This document shows, one piece after another, positions 25,148 through 38,059 of a stretch of DNA of 64,000 nt. The stretch's first letter is position 1, and each line of letters opens with the position of its first letter. Under the pieces are notes generated by a model. It did no database searches and was not told the origin of the DNA. It saw only the letters and a program-made list of their open reading frames with translations. The stretch is taken from assembly GCA_039621445.1 (NCBI GenBank), contig CP154954.1, forward strand, positions 47,285,847 through 47,349,846, written 5' to 3'. The position numbers and the translations under genes were made by a program. Source of the stretch: Euglena gracilis. Taxonomy: Eukaryota.

Positions 25148-28100
25148 TTAGACAGTGTTTATGTTTATGTCTATGTTATTGCGCTTGTTGCACAGCTTCC
25201 AATCCTGTTGGACATATCCAACAAAACTGGATGCTGGCTCCCAAGTGTCCTCCTCTGGCCCATACCCATTCCAGCGAACTTTCCAGTAGTGCTCACCCCT
25301 GTCGACCTTGTGGTCTATTATCTTATCGCCCACAAAGTCGTCCGTTTCAGGTAATCTGGAACGGGGCTTGAAATATAGGCAGGGGATAGCTTTTCCGTCT
25401 GGGGGGCTTAGGTACGGTTTGAAGTCGTCCATATGGACGTCCTCAATCCCGTTGGGCAAGGCAACTTTATATCGCCCGCTACTACCTAACCTCTCCAAAA
25501 TTTCGCATGGGCCGAGCAAAAGAGGATCTAGCTTGGAAGATTGCATGCGGGTGCGGTTATTCCGTACCCACACGCGGTCACCTGGACTATACACAGGTGT
25601 GTTGAAGTTCTGCAAAAACGATGTCCGTTTGTTGGAATGAATTTCTGTGATACGTGATTGGACTGCAGAGCGGAGTGATTCCACGTCTGCAAACCACGTT
25701 TCACAGCTGACGCTACTTCGGGCGGATCTCTCCGAGGAGATATCCCCTATGGCCGGAGGGTCAGGTCCGAAAACAATTTTGTATGGTGAGTGTGGTAATA
25801 CCAACCCTGGCAAGGTATTGATGTAAAATAAACACCAATGAAGAACGGATAACCAATTCTTACCCGAGTCCGCCAGTGAAAGGCGAAGCATATTGACAAC
25901 GGATTTCACGGCTGCCTCGGCTCTACCATTGCCTTTCGGGCGGTATATAATGGAAAAATGCTGCTCAATGCCGAGTAAACCGCACAAAGTTGTGAAAAAC
26001 CGCGAAGAGATCAAGTGATCTTGATCACTCACGATTTCGTTCGGTAAACCCATTAAGCAGATGCATTTCTCCAGGAATATGGATGCCAAAATTTGGGCTG
26101 TCAACCCTGCTTTCCGGCATGGAATGGCTACTATGTACCCACTCAGCCGACAGACGACAACAAAAACGTAATCGTAAATTTGGTCATCTGATCCTTTGCA
26201 AGGTTCAAGTTCGAGAAAATCCATGCAGAGGGACGTAAAAATGTCTGGTGGTACGGGGAAAACGTCCATCGTACCAGGGGGGGTACCTCTGCGCGGTTTC
26301 ACAGCCTGACAAATTTGGCACCGTTGCGAAATTCGCAAACAGCGCGAATATAAATCTTTTTCACTCAGGGTTGTGCAATATCTGCGACCCACTAGTGAAA
26401 GAAGTTTGGGGGCCCCAGGGTGACCATGGTTGTGATAGCTCAAAATCACATCATCAACCAGGTCTTGGGGTATACAATATTTATAACCAGAATCATTCCG
26501 GAAAATAAGCCGCAATGGTGATAGAGAATAATTCTCTATGGATTCACCATTACGAAGTCTATTCACAATGGTACTATATACCGGGTCACGCGAATAATCC
26601 CATTCGCGGAAAAATAGGGGGGTAGGAGTTTCCGTACGCGTAATGCGACGGGGTCCGGCAGTGCGTCCACGCCGGCGCCTTCCACGCAATGGTGAAATGG
26701 CAATGCTGCGATACACCCGGCAAACGGGTAGTGAATCGAGCATGTTGTCCGCAGCGTCGGATCGACGTGCGAACTGGCCAGCCTCATGGCTGCCATGAAA
26801 AGTCGCATCACCCTCATCCGGGTTCCCAGGATAATACCAGGGGGCTCGGCTGAGAGGATCCGCAACTTTTTGCGTATGACCTGGGGTATAAACTACCACC
26901 AGGTTAAACTGGCTCAAGAACTCATGCCATCGGCATCTTCTGCCAACTGATGACATGGCCTTGTTCAGGTCCTCGGTATACCAGTGTTGAAGGCTTTCAT
27001 GATCCGTCAACACTAGTATCTGGACCAAGCTGCTGGCTATCCAGCTGCGGAACTTCTGGAGAATTAGCACAATGGCATATGTCTCCTTTTCGCGAATGCT
27101 CCATTTAACCTGTCCTTTCCCGCTGTCGCCCTGTAGCTTCCTGCTGAAGAAAGCCACAGGTCGGAGTTCATTCGCCGCATTATGCTGGCTAAGAACCCCG
27201 CCAACAGCGTAATCGCTGCTGTCGACCTCCAGGACATACGGTTTGTATGGATCCGCGATATCGAGAACCACGTTCTCGAGGAGCAAGTCCTTGATTTTAT
27301 TCAAGGCCTCGCACATTTGGTCATCCCAAATGACTTTTGCGTTATCGGGTGTCCGATTTTTGAGTTGTCGGGTTAGGGGTACCGCGATTTTCGCGAAATC
27401 TTTCATGTAAATCGCGTAATATTGGGCTAATCCCAAAAATCCTTTTAAATGCGTTAAGGTCTTAATGACCTCAGGAGTCCATTTCTTAATGGCCTCCATC
27501 TTACTGGGTGCGGCTTTACGCTGCCCGTTGCTCAGGATGTGTCCGCAAAACTTAATAATTTTGCGAAACAGGTGCATTTTGGAACCCTTCACAAAAAGCA
27601 CATGCTTTTGGAACGCGGATAATACCGCGCGCACATCGCGATAATGCGGGTCGAGGATATCCTCGCCCGATTTCGCGGATGGCGGTTGGGTTCCCACCAG
27701 TACATCATCGATGTACACCAGAGCAAACGGTAAATCGCGCAAAACCCACTGGATCATGCGTTGAAACATGGCTGGGCCATTCTTAACACCCATGGGGAGT
27801 ACCGTCCATTGGTACACACCCTTGGATGTCACGAATGCCGTGTACGGTTGCGAATCAGGATGCAAATGCATCTGATGGAAACCGTCTTCCAGATCAAAGA
27901 TTGACCACAACCGGTTATCCGATTGTTTTGTGATCAAATCCTCGATCAGCGGTAACGGGAAGGGGTCATCCTTCGTTTGGGAGTTCAGGTACCGGTAATC
28001 CAGCACCAGTCTCCACTTCTTCTGACCAGACTGGTCAGCGGGTTTGGGCACCACAAAAGCTTGTGATGTCCACTCGCTCTTGGAAGGGATAATCCACTTC

Positions 28101-30230
28101 CGCTGGATGAGCTTCTCAATCATCTCGTTGAGAGCCTGTTCGCGTTCACCCGAGCAACGGAAGAATTTCCGGTGCATAGGTTTAGCGCCATCCTTGAGCT
28201 CGATTTTGCAAACACCGAACGGACCGCGAATCGCGGGGTCGATGTCGCAGGCGTAAACTGGGTTATCCAGTACACCATGGAATTCGCGAGCAATTCGCGA
28301 ACAATAATCAGCAGACTTGGGATGTTGGTCCGCACTCTCAATGACCGCAGAAATCTGCGTTGAGGGTGTGGCATCCCCATCCGTACCAAGGTATCTTGGC
28401 ACACGCAAATCGGATATTCCGAATGCGTCGAAGAAACAAACGCGAAAAATGATTTCTTTGACAGGTGGTAATAATATACCACAAAAATCCTCAAATAGTG
28501 GTACATCAGCGGGTAAATCCCACCAATGAAAACACACATAGGATAGTTGGTGAAACCAATCCGCATTCGGATTGACCGGTATGAGGAGAGCTCCTCGCGC
28601 TTCATCGCGGAGGATTTTCTCCACCACATCCGGGATAAGTTTTGGGGGAGGGTGCATCCATAGCACCGTATCACCCCAAAATTTAAGGAATGCGTTGGTA
28701 TGTCGCGACCAATATCGCGACAAGCGCGCATGCGCTTTTGATGAGAACGCATCAATTTCCAACGGCAAATCGAAGGAATCAGCCAAAGCCGCGATTTTGG
28801 AGAACCATTCCTCCAAAATACGGTATTGACCAAAATTAAATGCGTTCCATACGCGCATCGCGTAGGTGTCGACCTGGTTCGCGGGTTGAAGAGCGGTAAC
28901 GCAATTCAGGGATCCGGAAACATAGGTCAAGGGTGTGTCATCCACACTCCCAAGGGGCATTCCCAAGGGTTGATGGGTTGGATGGGTGCATACCCAGTCC
29001 ATATCATGCCAGATGGAGGTGGGGGAGGTGTGTGACACGGATTTCGCGGTCCCAAACAACAAGGCAATACCTCGTTGTTGGAGCACTTGATGTACGGTCG
29101 CGCATTGCGATCCGCAACCAAGTGTATGGGTGCGCGAAATCGGGATTAGTGTTGGTGTTTGGACTAAACATCCACAATCGAAATCTGGCTGGGCGGAAAT
29201 TCTCCTACAGTGCACACATTGGAAGGAAGTGTCGGAGTAGTGGTCCTGGTCGCGCATGTTGGTCTGGTGGGGGTGTGTGTAAAAGTTGGGATGCGCTTTT
29301 GTAGCTGCTGGGGGGTGTACAGATGTATCTGAAAGCGATACATCTGGTGGAAAACGGGGTATTAGTGCAGCTGGGCGACTACTCGACACCGTAATTACTT
29401 CAGGCCTTTGGGCTTTCGTCTTGTAACCCAGTGGAACGAGGGGGGTACCGCTACTCGCTTGCCCTGCCTCATGGGGAACGGAAGTTGGTGTGTCAATGGG
29501 CAGGGGGTGAACTTTCTCGGTACACCCGGTGTGGAAAACGTTGGTTGGTGTGGTTGGTAACGGGGTAAAAGTTTTCGAAAACGGTGTGGAAAAATTGGTG
29601 GCTATCGCGGTTGACGCCACAGGTGATGAGGGTTTGGGGGGCAATGAGGAGAATGGTGATGTGCGCAAACCGTGGGAGTGGCAATCCACTACCAGCCGGT
29701 GCTGACGTAAAAAGGGGTATCCCAGAATTACGTCAGAACCATGGATTCCGGATTCATATCCCCAGGTATCCGGAAAATTTTGCGGTTGGGGGGGGGGTGT
29801 GAGTGGTGCTTGGGGATGAGGGGTAGGACAATGTCCAAAAAGCATCCCAAGTCACCACCGCACATGGGGTGTTGTCAGCCGTCGTAATTTTGATCGGCTT
29901 CTTGGCTTTCACCAAGAGGGGGGTTGGTATCAACCCGAACCGAAAAAGTAGTGCAATGCGACAACCAGTGTCAATGAGAATTTTGACTTTTGTACAAAAA
30001 TTTTGGATTTTGATTTCCGCTTGGACCAAAAGTTCCATGGGGGGTAAGCAAAGTGAAGGGTCTGGCGAAAATACGTTTTCTTGCCAGCTTTCCCATGAAC
30101 CCTTTCCTACTTTGCACAACATTCCGAGCGGAAAGTTGGAGTGGGGGGTGGGGGACCCGAAAATTTTCCGGGTATCGACCGGGAAGGCAGATGGGCAGGG
30201 GGAGCAGGGTTGATCAGGTCCTACCTCCAT
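25148..30230 (-). CDS. pol: Pol of family B: protease, Dam-like MTase, RT (YIDD), RNase H, integrase, chromodomain
   Basis: ORF 29754-30230 (DTG protease) plus 1565-aa ORF 25148-29845, separated by one frameshift. LPMGVKNGPAMFQ and YIDD in RT; integrase CMDF, VSDQ, GRAE; chromodomain at the C-terminus. Confidence 0.95.
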
Positions 30231-30275
30231 CTGTTCATCAGCCCAGAGGTCCGTGCCCTCGGACCTCGGGCTCCC

Positions 30276-31856
30276 CTACTCCAGGTCCGAACCGGCCGAA
30301 TAGCCGGCTATGGGCCTTTTAGAGGTGTAAACGGATTTCAACGTGCGCACCGCCATGCGGGCCTCGTCGAAATCGGTATCCGTGGTCTCATCCCCCTCCC
30401 TGCCCGAAGCCGGGGTGTCATCCTCCAAACAAGATATCTTGAAACCGACTTTATGGCGGTTGGAGGAGTGACCCTTGTCACCGCGATTCATACCGCGATG
30501 ACGTTGGCCAGGGCGGGGAGAACGAGAACGCGGACATTTGGATGAGTGGTGATCACTCGATCCACAAAGCGAACACCGAGATTTGTGTCGCGAATCTGGA
30601 TAACGGGGGGATCGGTTTCCCGATTTCCCGTCAAACCGTCGTGGTGACCGGGTATCCCGTCGACCATGACCGGTGTATCGGGGTTTTCCCGATGAGGATC
30701 GCGAAGAAGATGATCCGCTTCGCGAACGCGATCGCGATGTCTCGCGATGAGAATCACGCTTCTTGGCCGGGGCACCGGGTGACCTACCCCGAGGGGTACC
30801 GTGTTTCCGCTCATCGCGGAACGGGATCCGGGGGCTAATACCACCGGAACGGGGACCCGATGACCGTGAATTGCCCGATTGGCGTGAAAACGCGGAGGAA
30901 CCCGAACCTCGTGATGAGGTCGAGCCTCGCGGACTCTGAATACGCTTTCGCGCTTCAGGATTAGGACATTCCCGAGACATATGTCCCGATTTGTTGCACA
31001 AAAAGCACACTTTATCCGTGGCTTGGTCCGAAGAACGCGGGTATCGCGTTTTCGATCCCGTGGTGGGTGAAGCGGGTGAAACCGGTGATTTTTGCAATGC
31101 GTTCACCGAACCAGCCGGTAATCCAGCGGTTGGGTGTGCGGTATACGCGGATTGAATCTGACCAAGAAGCTGTGATAGCTTCAGTTGCTTGGAAACATAA
31201 TTCCAGCGTTGGTCAAGAGTCATTGCATTACCCGCCAACTCCTCACGATGGATATCCTTGATGAGGCTAGGCGTGAAATGCATGAGAACAGCGTCAAACT
31301 GTTCGCGCATTTGCTTTTCACTGAGTTCATCCACTTCAGCGGCAAGTCCTAACCATTTGGCATACCAAAGGTCAATGGACTTCCATTTGCGATCGGGTGG
31401 GGCGCATTGCCGCCACTTGGTCTCCAGGGTAATCCTAGCGACCAAACTTGAACTGGTGGAAGCGTATTGCTCCACCAGGTCATCAAAGGAAACGCGGTAG
31501 CGAATGACGAGTTGTCGCGCGCGCTCCTTCTCATCCCTAGGGAGGCAATCGATGAATTCCATCTTGATCACCTCCGGGTTTGTGTCCTGGGTTGGCCCTT
31601 TCAATGCCCAGTAGTACTCCCAGTCCCGGAAAAACTGTCTCCATGTGGTTGGATCACCATCCCATTGGGGTTTCACCTTATTCGCGATTGCGATGGTGCC
31701 CTTGAAGTCTTTCTGAAAAACCCGTTGGCCCTCGGTGGTATTCCGTGGATTCGGGCCCGGGTACGCTCGAGCACCAAGCGTATCCTTTCCGGATTCTTGT
31801 CGGAATCGCGAAATTTCTGGTGAAGGTGAATCCTGGTACCGGAAATCCGGTCGCAA
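30276..31856 (-). CDS. gag: Gag of family B (5'-truncated)
   Basis: 526-aa ORF closely similar to the C-terminal part of element A Gag, with two CCHC knuckles. Ends GSDLE-TAG. Confidence 0.9.
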   Translation of the reverse strand: MRPDFRYQDSPSPEISRFRQESGKDTLGARAYPGPNPRNTTEGQRVFQKDFKGTIAIANKVKPQWDGDPTTWRQFFRDWEYYWALKGPTQDTNPEVIKMEFIDCLPRDEKERARQLVIRYRVSFDDLVEQYASTSSSLVARITLETKWRQCAPPDRKWKSIDLWYAKWLGLAAEVDELSEKQMREQFDAVLMHFTPSLIKDIHREELAGNAMTLDQRWNYVSKQLKLSQLLGQIQSAYTAHPTAGLPAGSVNALQKSPVSPASPTTGSKTRYPRSSDQATDKVCFLCNKSGHMSRECPNPEARKRIQSPRGSTSSRGSGSSAFSRQSGNSRSSGPRSGGISPRIPFRDERKHGTPRGRSPGAPAKKRDSHRETSRSRSRSGSSSSRSSSGKPRYTGHGRRDTRSPRRFDGKSGNRSPRYPDSRHKSRCSLCGSSDHHSSKCPRSRSPRPGQRHRGMNRGDKGHSSNRHKVGFKISCLEDDTPASGREGDETTDTDFDEARMAVRTLKSVYTSKRPIAGYSAGSDLE

Positions 31857-31914
31857 ACCCTGTTGGTCACCGTTAATAGGATAAGGCTAAGGTTAAGTAT
31901 ATATAAGTATATGT

Positions 31915-32386
31915 ATATAACCCCCCCAAATAATTATTTTTTCGCCGAAGTCCCGGCCCGAGGGGGGGGAGCATTATTTTCCCAAAATTTTCGAAATTTT
32001 TCAAAGTCCCGTAAACCCCAAAAAAGCACCCAAAAACCCCCTTTGGGGTCACTTTTGCACTTTCTTGTGAAATTTACCATTTTTTGGAGGTCGGATGAGC
32101 CAGAAAAATTGATTTTTTTTCGTAATTTGTTGTCAGAGATTGTGATTTTTACCTACATTTTCAGGTAAAAATCCGGGCCTTCGGCCCGAAATTGGGGGGG
32201 GGGGTATTATTTTGGTGGCCGAAGTCGGACCCCAAGGAGGGGGGGTCCGAAGTCGGACCCCAAGGGGGGGGGGGGGTATTATTTCGGTGGCTGAAGTCGG
32301 ACCCCAAGGGGGGGGGGGGGGGATTATTTCGGTGGCCGAAGTCGGACCCCAAGGGGGGGGGGTATTATTTGGGGGGAGGGTTATAT
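31915..32386. mobile_element. MITE-like element with ATATAACCC(T)CCCCCCAAATAAT terminal inverted repeats and internal ~42-bp tandem repeats
   Basis: Inverted ends at ~31915 and ~32364-32386. GAAGTCGGACCCCAAG(G)n units at 32200-32370. Related ends at 35122-35303. Confidence 0.6.
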
Positions 32387-33050
32387 GTAAGTTTAAGGTA
32401 TGTCCGACCCCACCTCCCCCCCCCCCCCGGGGGGAGGGACTGACTGGTTCCAGACCCCTCCCCCCAGGGTGGGGTTGGCCAGAAATGGCCGAAAGTGACC
32501 ACCCGGCGCCGAAGGCGCTGGAAAATAGTTTGGATTTTTGACCAAAATCGGTTGATTTTTTTGACATTTTTGGCCAAGTGGCCAAAGCGATTGACCCCCC
32601 CCCCGAGCGTCGGTAAGCAATGGTTTGGTCATGGCGCCTTTTTCCAGCGTCAGATTCCCTTTCCTCCCCCCCCATCGACGAGTTTTATTTATTATTTTGC
32701 AACCACCCGAAAGAAGGCTGGGCGGTGGCATGTTTTGGTGCAAAAGTGGGCCAAAAATGGATCATAAAAGGGCTGGCCAGCTCAAATTTAGGGTCAAAAG
32801 TTCAAAATTTTTCCATAATTGGCATATTTTTTCCCACCTTTTTTGCATACGTATGCATATTTTGTCAAATCTTTTTTGTGTTAACCAAAATTTTATTGTA
32901 TTCATCGGTGTCCACCAACTTTTTTATGTTCGCCTGTGCTCACCAAAAAAAAATGTGTTCGCCAGCTTCTTTGTGAACACACTAAGTGCATGTCTGGTTG
33001 GCGCCCCGCGGGACTGACCCGGGGGTCCCAAAGACGAGGCCTCTGCCCCC

Positions 33051-34741
33051 GACCTGTACCTGGCGCCGGTGCAGGGCGCGATGTACCGCGCGATGGGGGC
33101 GGAGGAGCGGCGTGCGGGGCTGCAGCAGATCCACCGGCCGGGCCCTTGGGGGCAGCCCCATCCCCAAGCCCGGCCGGAACCGCATCGGCTGGAGCACTGC
33201 CGTTCTCCAGGTCGGAGTCCCCCCCCCTTTGGGGGTTGCCATGCTCCCCACAGGCGGCGGTCCGTCACACACGTCACGCGTGCATCACGCTGTCGCAACC
33301 CACACCGATCCCCATTTGGTGTGGAATGGTCACGCCGGTCACCCCCCCCCCCTCCACCGGCCCGGGGGCAGCAGCTGCGCGTCATCGAGGGCCGGGCCAG
33401 GGTGGCCCCGTACCTGGCCGGCTCCGAGCCCACCGCCGCGGACGCCGCCCTCTTCCCCACGGCGGTGTTCCTGAACTTCATCCTGCCGCGCCATTTCGGC
33501 TGGGCCTCGGCCTTCGACGGTGTGCGCGGTGCTGAGCCGCCCATCAAAAGGGAGGGGGTGTCTTGTGAGGAAGGCCTTCCTTGCCACCACCTCAGTGCAG
33601 CGGCAACCTTGACCCTGCAACGGCATGCGAACCAGCGTCTCAGGATGATTGTGATCAAGGCGTTTTCCTGAAATGAAAGAATTTGGCCAGGTGTTCATTA
33701 GAAAGCCTTCGGAGTATGCAAAGCTTTTAAAATTTCAGGGATGGCGTGCCAGATGTCTTATTTAGGATCTGCCTGACAGTGAAGAGATCTTTTATCAAGT
33801 GTCTTAAATCACGGAAGGGAGGTTACCGCATTGAGCATCTCACCTCCAACCAGATTAAGAGTGCATGGAATGCGAGGAAGGCAAAGGAAAGCAGAAATTG
33901 TTATGAGGCAGCCCCTTGCAAGACAACCTGAAGTATGTTCGGTGGACAAAGTTTAAGGCACTCCTCTGATAAAAAGAGGAATGCAGGACAGCAGCTCGCA
34001 GGGTTAACTTGTCACTGGCGTGGACATCCCAGCCCGCCAAGCTCTGAACCCCCTCCGCTGCAGGATGCCCGAAGTTGGCCCAGTGGTTCGACTTCCTGTC
34101 CAGAGACCCACACACAGGCTCCGGCACTGGAAGTTGGCCCCGTGCGCCAGGGGGGGATCCTCCCCCGTCGCTGGCGCAGAGTGCCGGGCCCAATTTGGCC
34201 CCATTTCCCAATTCAAGCCTCACAGTTCCTTCTTTCCTGTTTGGCCTCACCTCCATGGTAATGCATATGGATTGGCTCTCCATTTCGCCCTCCATTCCAG
34301 AGGTTTTTTCAAGTTTGGTGACTCCGTTGGAGCAAAGTGGGTCTCCCTGGTGTTCCCCAGGGAGTGGGTGGGTGGGGAACCCCTCCTCCCTCCCCCTGTT
34401 TTAAAACAGCCACATCTGCCCCATTCCTCCCTCATCATCATCCTCACCACTCATCACCACCCAAAACCCAACGCCCCACCCAATCCGATGGCGGACCGTC
34501 AGCGGCTCAGCACTCAGCGCCCAAGTTCAATGCGGCCCCGCGCCGGGGGGGGGGGGGGGGGAGGGGGGGGCGGCGCCCCCGGGGGCGGGCCGCCGCGGGG
34601 GCCTGCCCTCGGGGGGCCCGGGTTCGGGCGGAGGTGGAGGGGGGGCTCGGCGGGTGGGAGGCCAACCGGCGGTGGGACACGCTGGGCATCACGGAGCAGG
34701 TGCGGACCTCCGGCCTGAAGTTTGCTCCGCCGTTTGTGTAG
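33051..34741 (+). CDS. Glutathione S-transferase-like protein, 3' exons (33051-33135, 33370-33519, ~34600-34741)
   Basis: Spliced translation DLYLAPVQGAMYRAM...HQQLRVIEGRARVAPYLAGSEPTAADAALFPTAVFLNFILPRHFGW...ARVRAEVEGGLGGWEANRRWDTLGI. GST C-terminal YLAG-x-x-x-T-x-AD motif. The last acceptor lies in a G-run and is unresolved. Confidence 0.8.
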
Positions 34742-35121
34742 TAGAGACGGCCATTCAGGGTCCCCAGCAGGATTTCCAGGCTGCAGGGCTGCGGTGTGTG
34801 CAACGCTTTTGACTGGATCGTGGCATTTTAGTGCGGAGAGTGTATGTCCCCTGTCTTCAGTCCGGAGGAGCACGCTGAAAAATGATTTCATCCGAAGGTA
34901 GTGCCAATTTTTTCCAGAAAGAGTTAACGTCAAATTTGTCTTGTTTGTTTGTTTGTGGCTCACTTTCATCAAAGTCATGAATTTTGGTTTTCATAAATTT
35001 TTACGCTTAACTGTGTACGAAGAAAAAATATTCCTTTGTTTGTGAATATTGTTTTTGCTGGGGGGAAATTGAACATCTGTAAATTTCCTATTCTGACCCT
35101 TGCAGTGCGTTGCACATCAGC

Positions 35122-35139
35122 TAACCACCCCCAATATTT

Positions 35140-35171
<32 letters not shown>

Positions 35172-35303
35172 AATATATATATATATATATAATATATATA
35201 TATATATTTGTATATATATATAATATATGTATTATTATATATATATATATTTTTTCGTCGAATCCCGGCCCGGGGGGGGGGGGTATTATTTGGGGGGAGG
35301 GTT
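35122..35303. repeat. (TA)n-filled MITE-like element related to 31915-32386
   Basis: Ends in TATTATTTGGGGGGAGGGTT with an internal AT microsatellite. Confidence 0.55.
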
Positions 35304-38059
35304 TAGTTACAGCTTCAGCACACACCACTGAAGACATTGGAAAACTCATTTTGGCTCCATGCTTCGCAATTGAAGTTTGGTGGCCGTCGTTCCATCATTT
35401 GTCCTCTCGCCGCAATCCCACGTACAATCCATCGACCAGATGGCCAGTTTTTGGATCCCTCCGCTTGCCACCTCCAGGGAGCCTCCGGCCCCTGTGCTTG
35501 CCAGGTGCCAAGAAGAACCTTTTTTGCTCTCGCCGAAGAGGGGGACGGATGCCTGTGACCCTCGAGCCTGCAGTTTATGAGACGTGTGGCCCCACACATC
35601 TGCATTCTGGGTCGGGTCCTTTCAAGGGTTGCAGACCCTCCTGGGTTCCTTTTGTGTTGAATTACACTGGGGATAAAGATAGTTTGCATTTTGTGAACGC
35701 CCGGGAATCACATCGGAACCTCTGGTGCGTGTTTTGTGGTGTTCCCCGACAAACTTTTGGGAAAGATCACACCATTGGTACAGCCACAATTGCAGTCTTT
35801 CACCAATCCCACCCCACCCCACTCGCATGAGCTGAGGTGCTGTTGACGTTCCAACAATGGCTGGCTTTTGCACCGAACCTAATCTGCCCATCAATTAGGC
35901 GCCTGGGGTGTCTCTGGGGGTCTCTCAAAATGGGGCAGGGCACAAAGGTGTGTGGATGTGAGCCCAACCCATGCTGGTGCTGGTGGTGCCCCCCTCCTGG
36001 ATGGCGCAAATTTTTGGGCCCCATATTCATTTTTGTGGCTTTCACTGAAGAAGATTCTTTTTGTGAATTGTCATGGTTGGTTGGGACACTGACCTCCCCC
36101 ACCTCCCAGTTTTGGGGGGAGCACCAACCGTTTTTCCATACAGTTGTGCCCAGGGGAGGGTCGCCTCCATTTGGTATTGCTGCTCTGGTCCACCCCTGCA
36201 GCGGAACACAAAGGAATCCATCATTTATCTCTCCCCACCCAGTCCACCGTCATGCGTCTGTCTGTGTCAGCCCGTTTGTGTGTTGGGCCTCCTGCAATGA
36301 GATAACCTCCCCGTGTGGGTGACAGAGGTTGTGTTTTGTGGTCCACCCCTTCGGGGGGTCCTGGTGCCTTCATCACTACAGGGGCAGCTCTCTCCACACG
36401 CCCGTATGTCAGCCACTGCCTCCATCTATGCCACTGTGACCGCAGCGGTGGTGGTCATTCGGTTGCTTGACCCAGGTTTCGACCAGTTTGTTGGTGGTGT
36501 TGGGGGGGGGGGTGATTAACGTGTTGTGGTGTGGGATGAGTTCTTGGTTAACCTTGTTTTGGACACCCGCAGTGCTTTTGCCCCCTGTGGCTTGTGCGAC
36601 AGTCGTGCTCATCCCCCCCCCCCACTAACCCACGGGGCAACCACAAAATTAGGGGACCGTTGGCACTGATTCCCGATTCATGCAGCCAGTCAGCATCGTT
36701 TTCCCGGACCGGCTGGGTGGCTGCCTGATTGGATCTGTTTGGAAGACGCAGGCCCAGCCCCCCGCCTTGTCCCCACACACTGTGCCAGGCAGCAACGGGA
36801 TGCCGGGGATCGCTGTCAGGGCCCTCTGCCTCCTCCTGCCGGCCATCCCGTCCACCGGCCATTTCCTCCGGCCCAAGGGCCAGCCCATTTTCTATTTCTG
36901 GGCCGACTGGGACCAGGCCGTATTTTAGTCGGGTGCCGACTCCACCCCGGGGGGGGGGGGGGGGCCTGCCTGGCCAGCCACCCCAAGGCCCTCCCGCTCT
37001 GCCCCCGGGGGGGGGGGGGGGAGGCACACGGCCAAAAGTGCCCTGGCACAGACCCCGGCGCCTGGTGCTGGGGAGCCAAAAATGGCCTTTTTTCAAAGGA
37101 TTGTGCCTGGGCACAGGCCGAAATCCGACCCCCCCCCCGGGGGGGGGGGGGGTAGTGCCTGCCTGGGCAGGCACTCATAGACACCCCGGACCCCCCTCCC
37201 CCCGGGGTTGGGAAAAAAAACAGCCTGATTGGGACTCTTTGGGGCTACATGCAAGCGGGCATGAGAGAGGCCAACCGAAGTCCCCCCCCCCAGACACTCG
37301 TTTTTCCCCCTTGTCCCCCCAAGGTGCTTGAAGGAGGCACCAAGTTAGGAACCTTCCTTTCCTGCCTGTGTGTGTGTGTGTGTGTGCTTTGCCGTTTTTG
37401 GTGCTTTTTGCATCCTCTTCGACATTTAAGCACCGGCATTTACCTTTGAACAAACATGCCCAAATTAATTACGCTGTCCCTTGCCAGCGCCGTCCCACGT
37501 TGCCTCCCGCCCCGCCACTCCCGCCATTCCCGCCCCGTTTGTCGGGATCCTTGCTGCCGGCAGGGGAGGGCGTCTTTCCCATGCCGGTCGCCGGGGCACT
37601 GCGTTGCATTCGGCCCCCGCCAAGGTCCCCCCCAAAAAAATTCTCCTCCCTGCCGACTATCAGCGAAATTGCAAATAAAAGGGACCAGGCAAGACTCCCC
37701 CAGAGGAAAGGCCACAAACAACCCGACCCCCGGAACAAATATGGCCCCCTCCAATGGATTGGGAGCCACCGATTCAAAGGGTTGACCGGGGTCTTACACA
37801 GGGAGATGGCAGGGTGGGGCGTTACCCGGTCCACCTATGTTTGGGCCCGGCACTGGGGCCCCCATCCCCCGCCCTTGCTCCGGGCAAAGGAGGGTCATTA
37901 TTGACTGACGGACCAAGATTGGAGGTGATGGATCGACTTTTGTCCCACCGGAGGGCGCTGAAGGGCAGCATGGGGCCCATGGGGAAGTCCGGAGGGCGGG
38001 GGCCCCGGCCGCGGTCCGGACAGGCCCTACCTCGACGCAACAGGCGGTCTCAACGAGCG

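Larger units (their letters stand above)
19031..31872 (-). mobile_element. LTR-less, 5'- and 3'-truncated copy of gypsy family B
   Basis: Contains gag 3' part, pol, ORF3 and 3' UTR motifs shared with element A. No LTR, PBS or PPT visible. End coordinates approximate. Confidence 0.9.

Noticed and set aside
32200-32370. CRISPR-like repeats
   Set aside because: Head-to-tail minisatellite inside a MITE-like element, with no spacers.
35310-37900. Possible gene or decayed element upstream of the TLDc gene
   Set aside because: No recognisable motif or consistent frame. It may contain the missing TLDc 5' exon, but this could not be supported.
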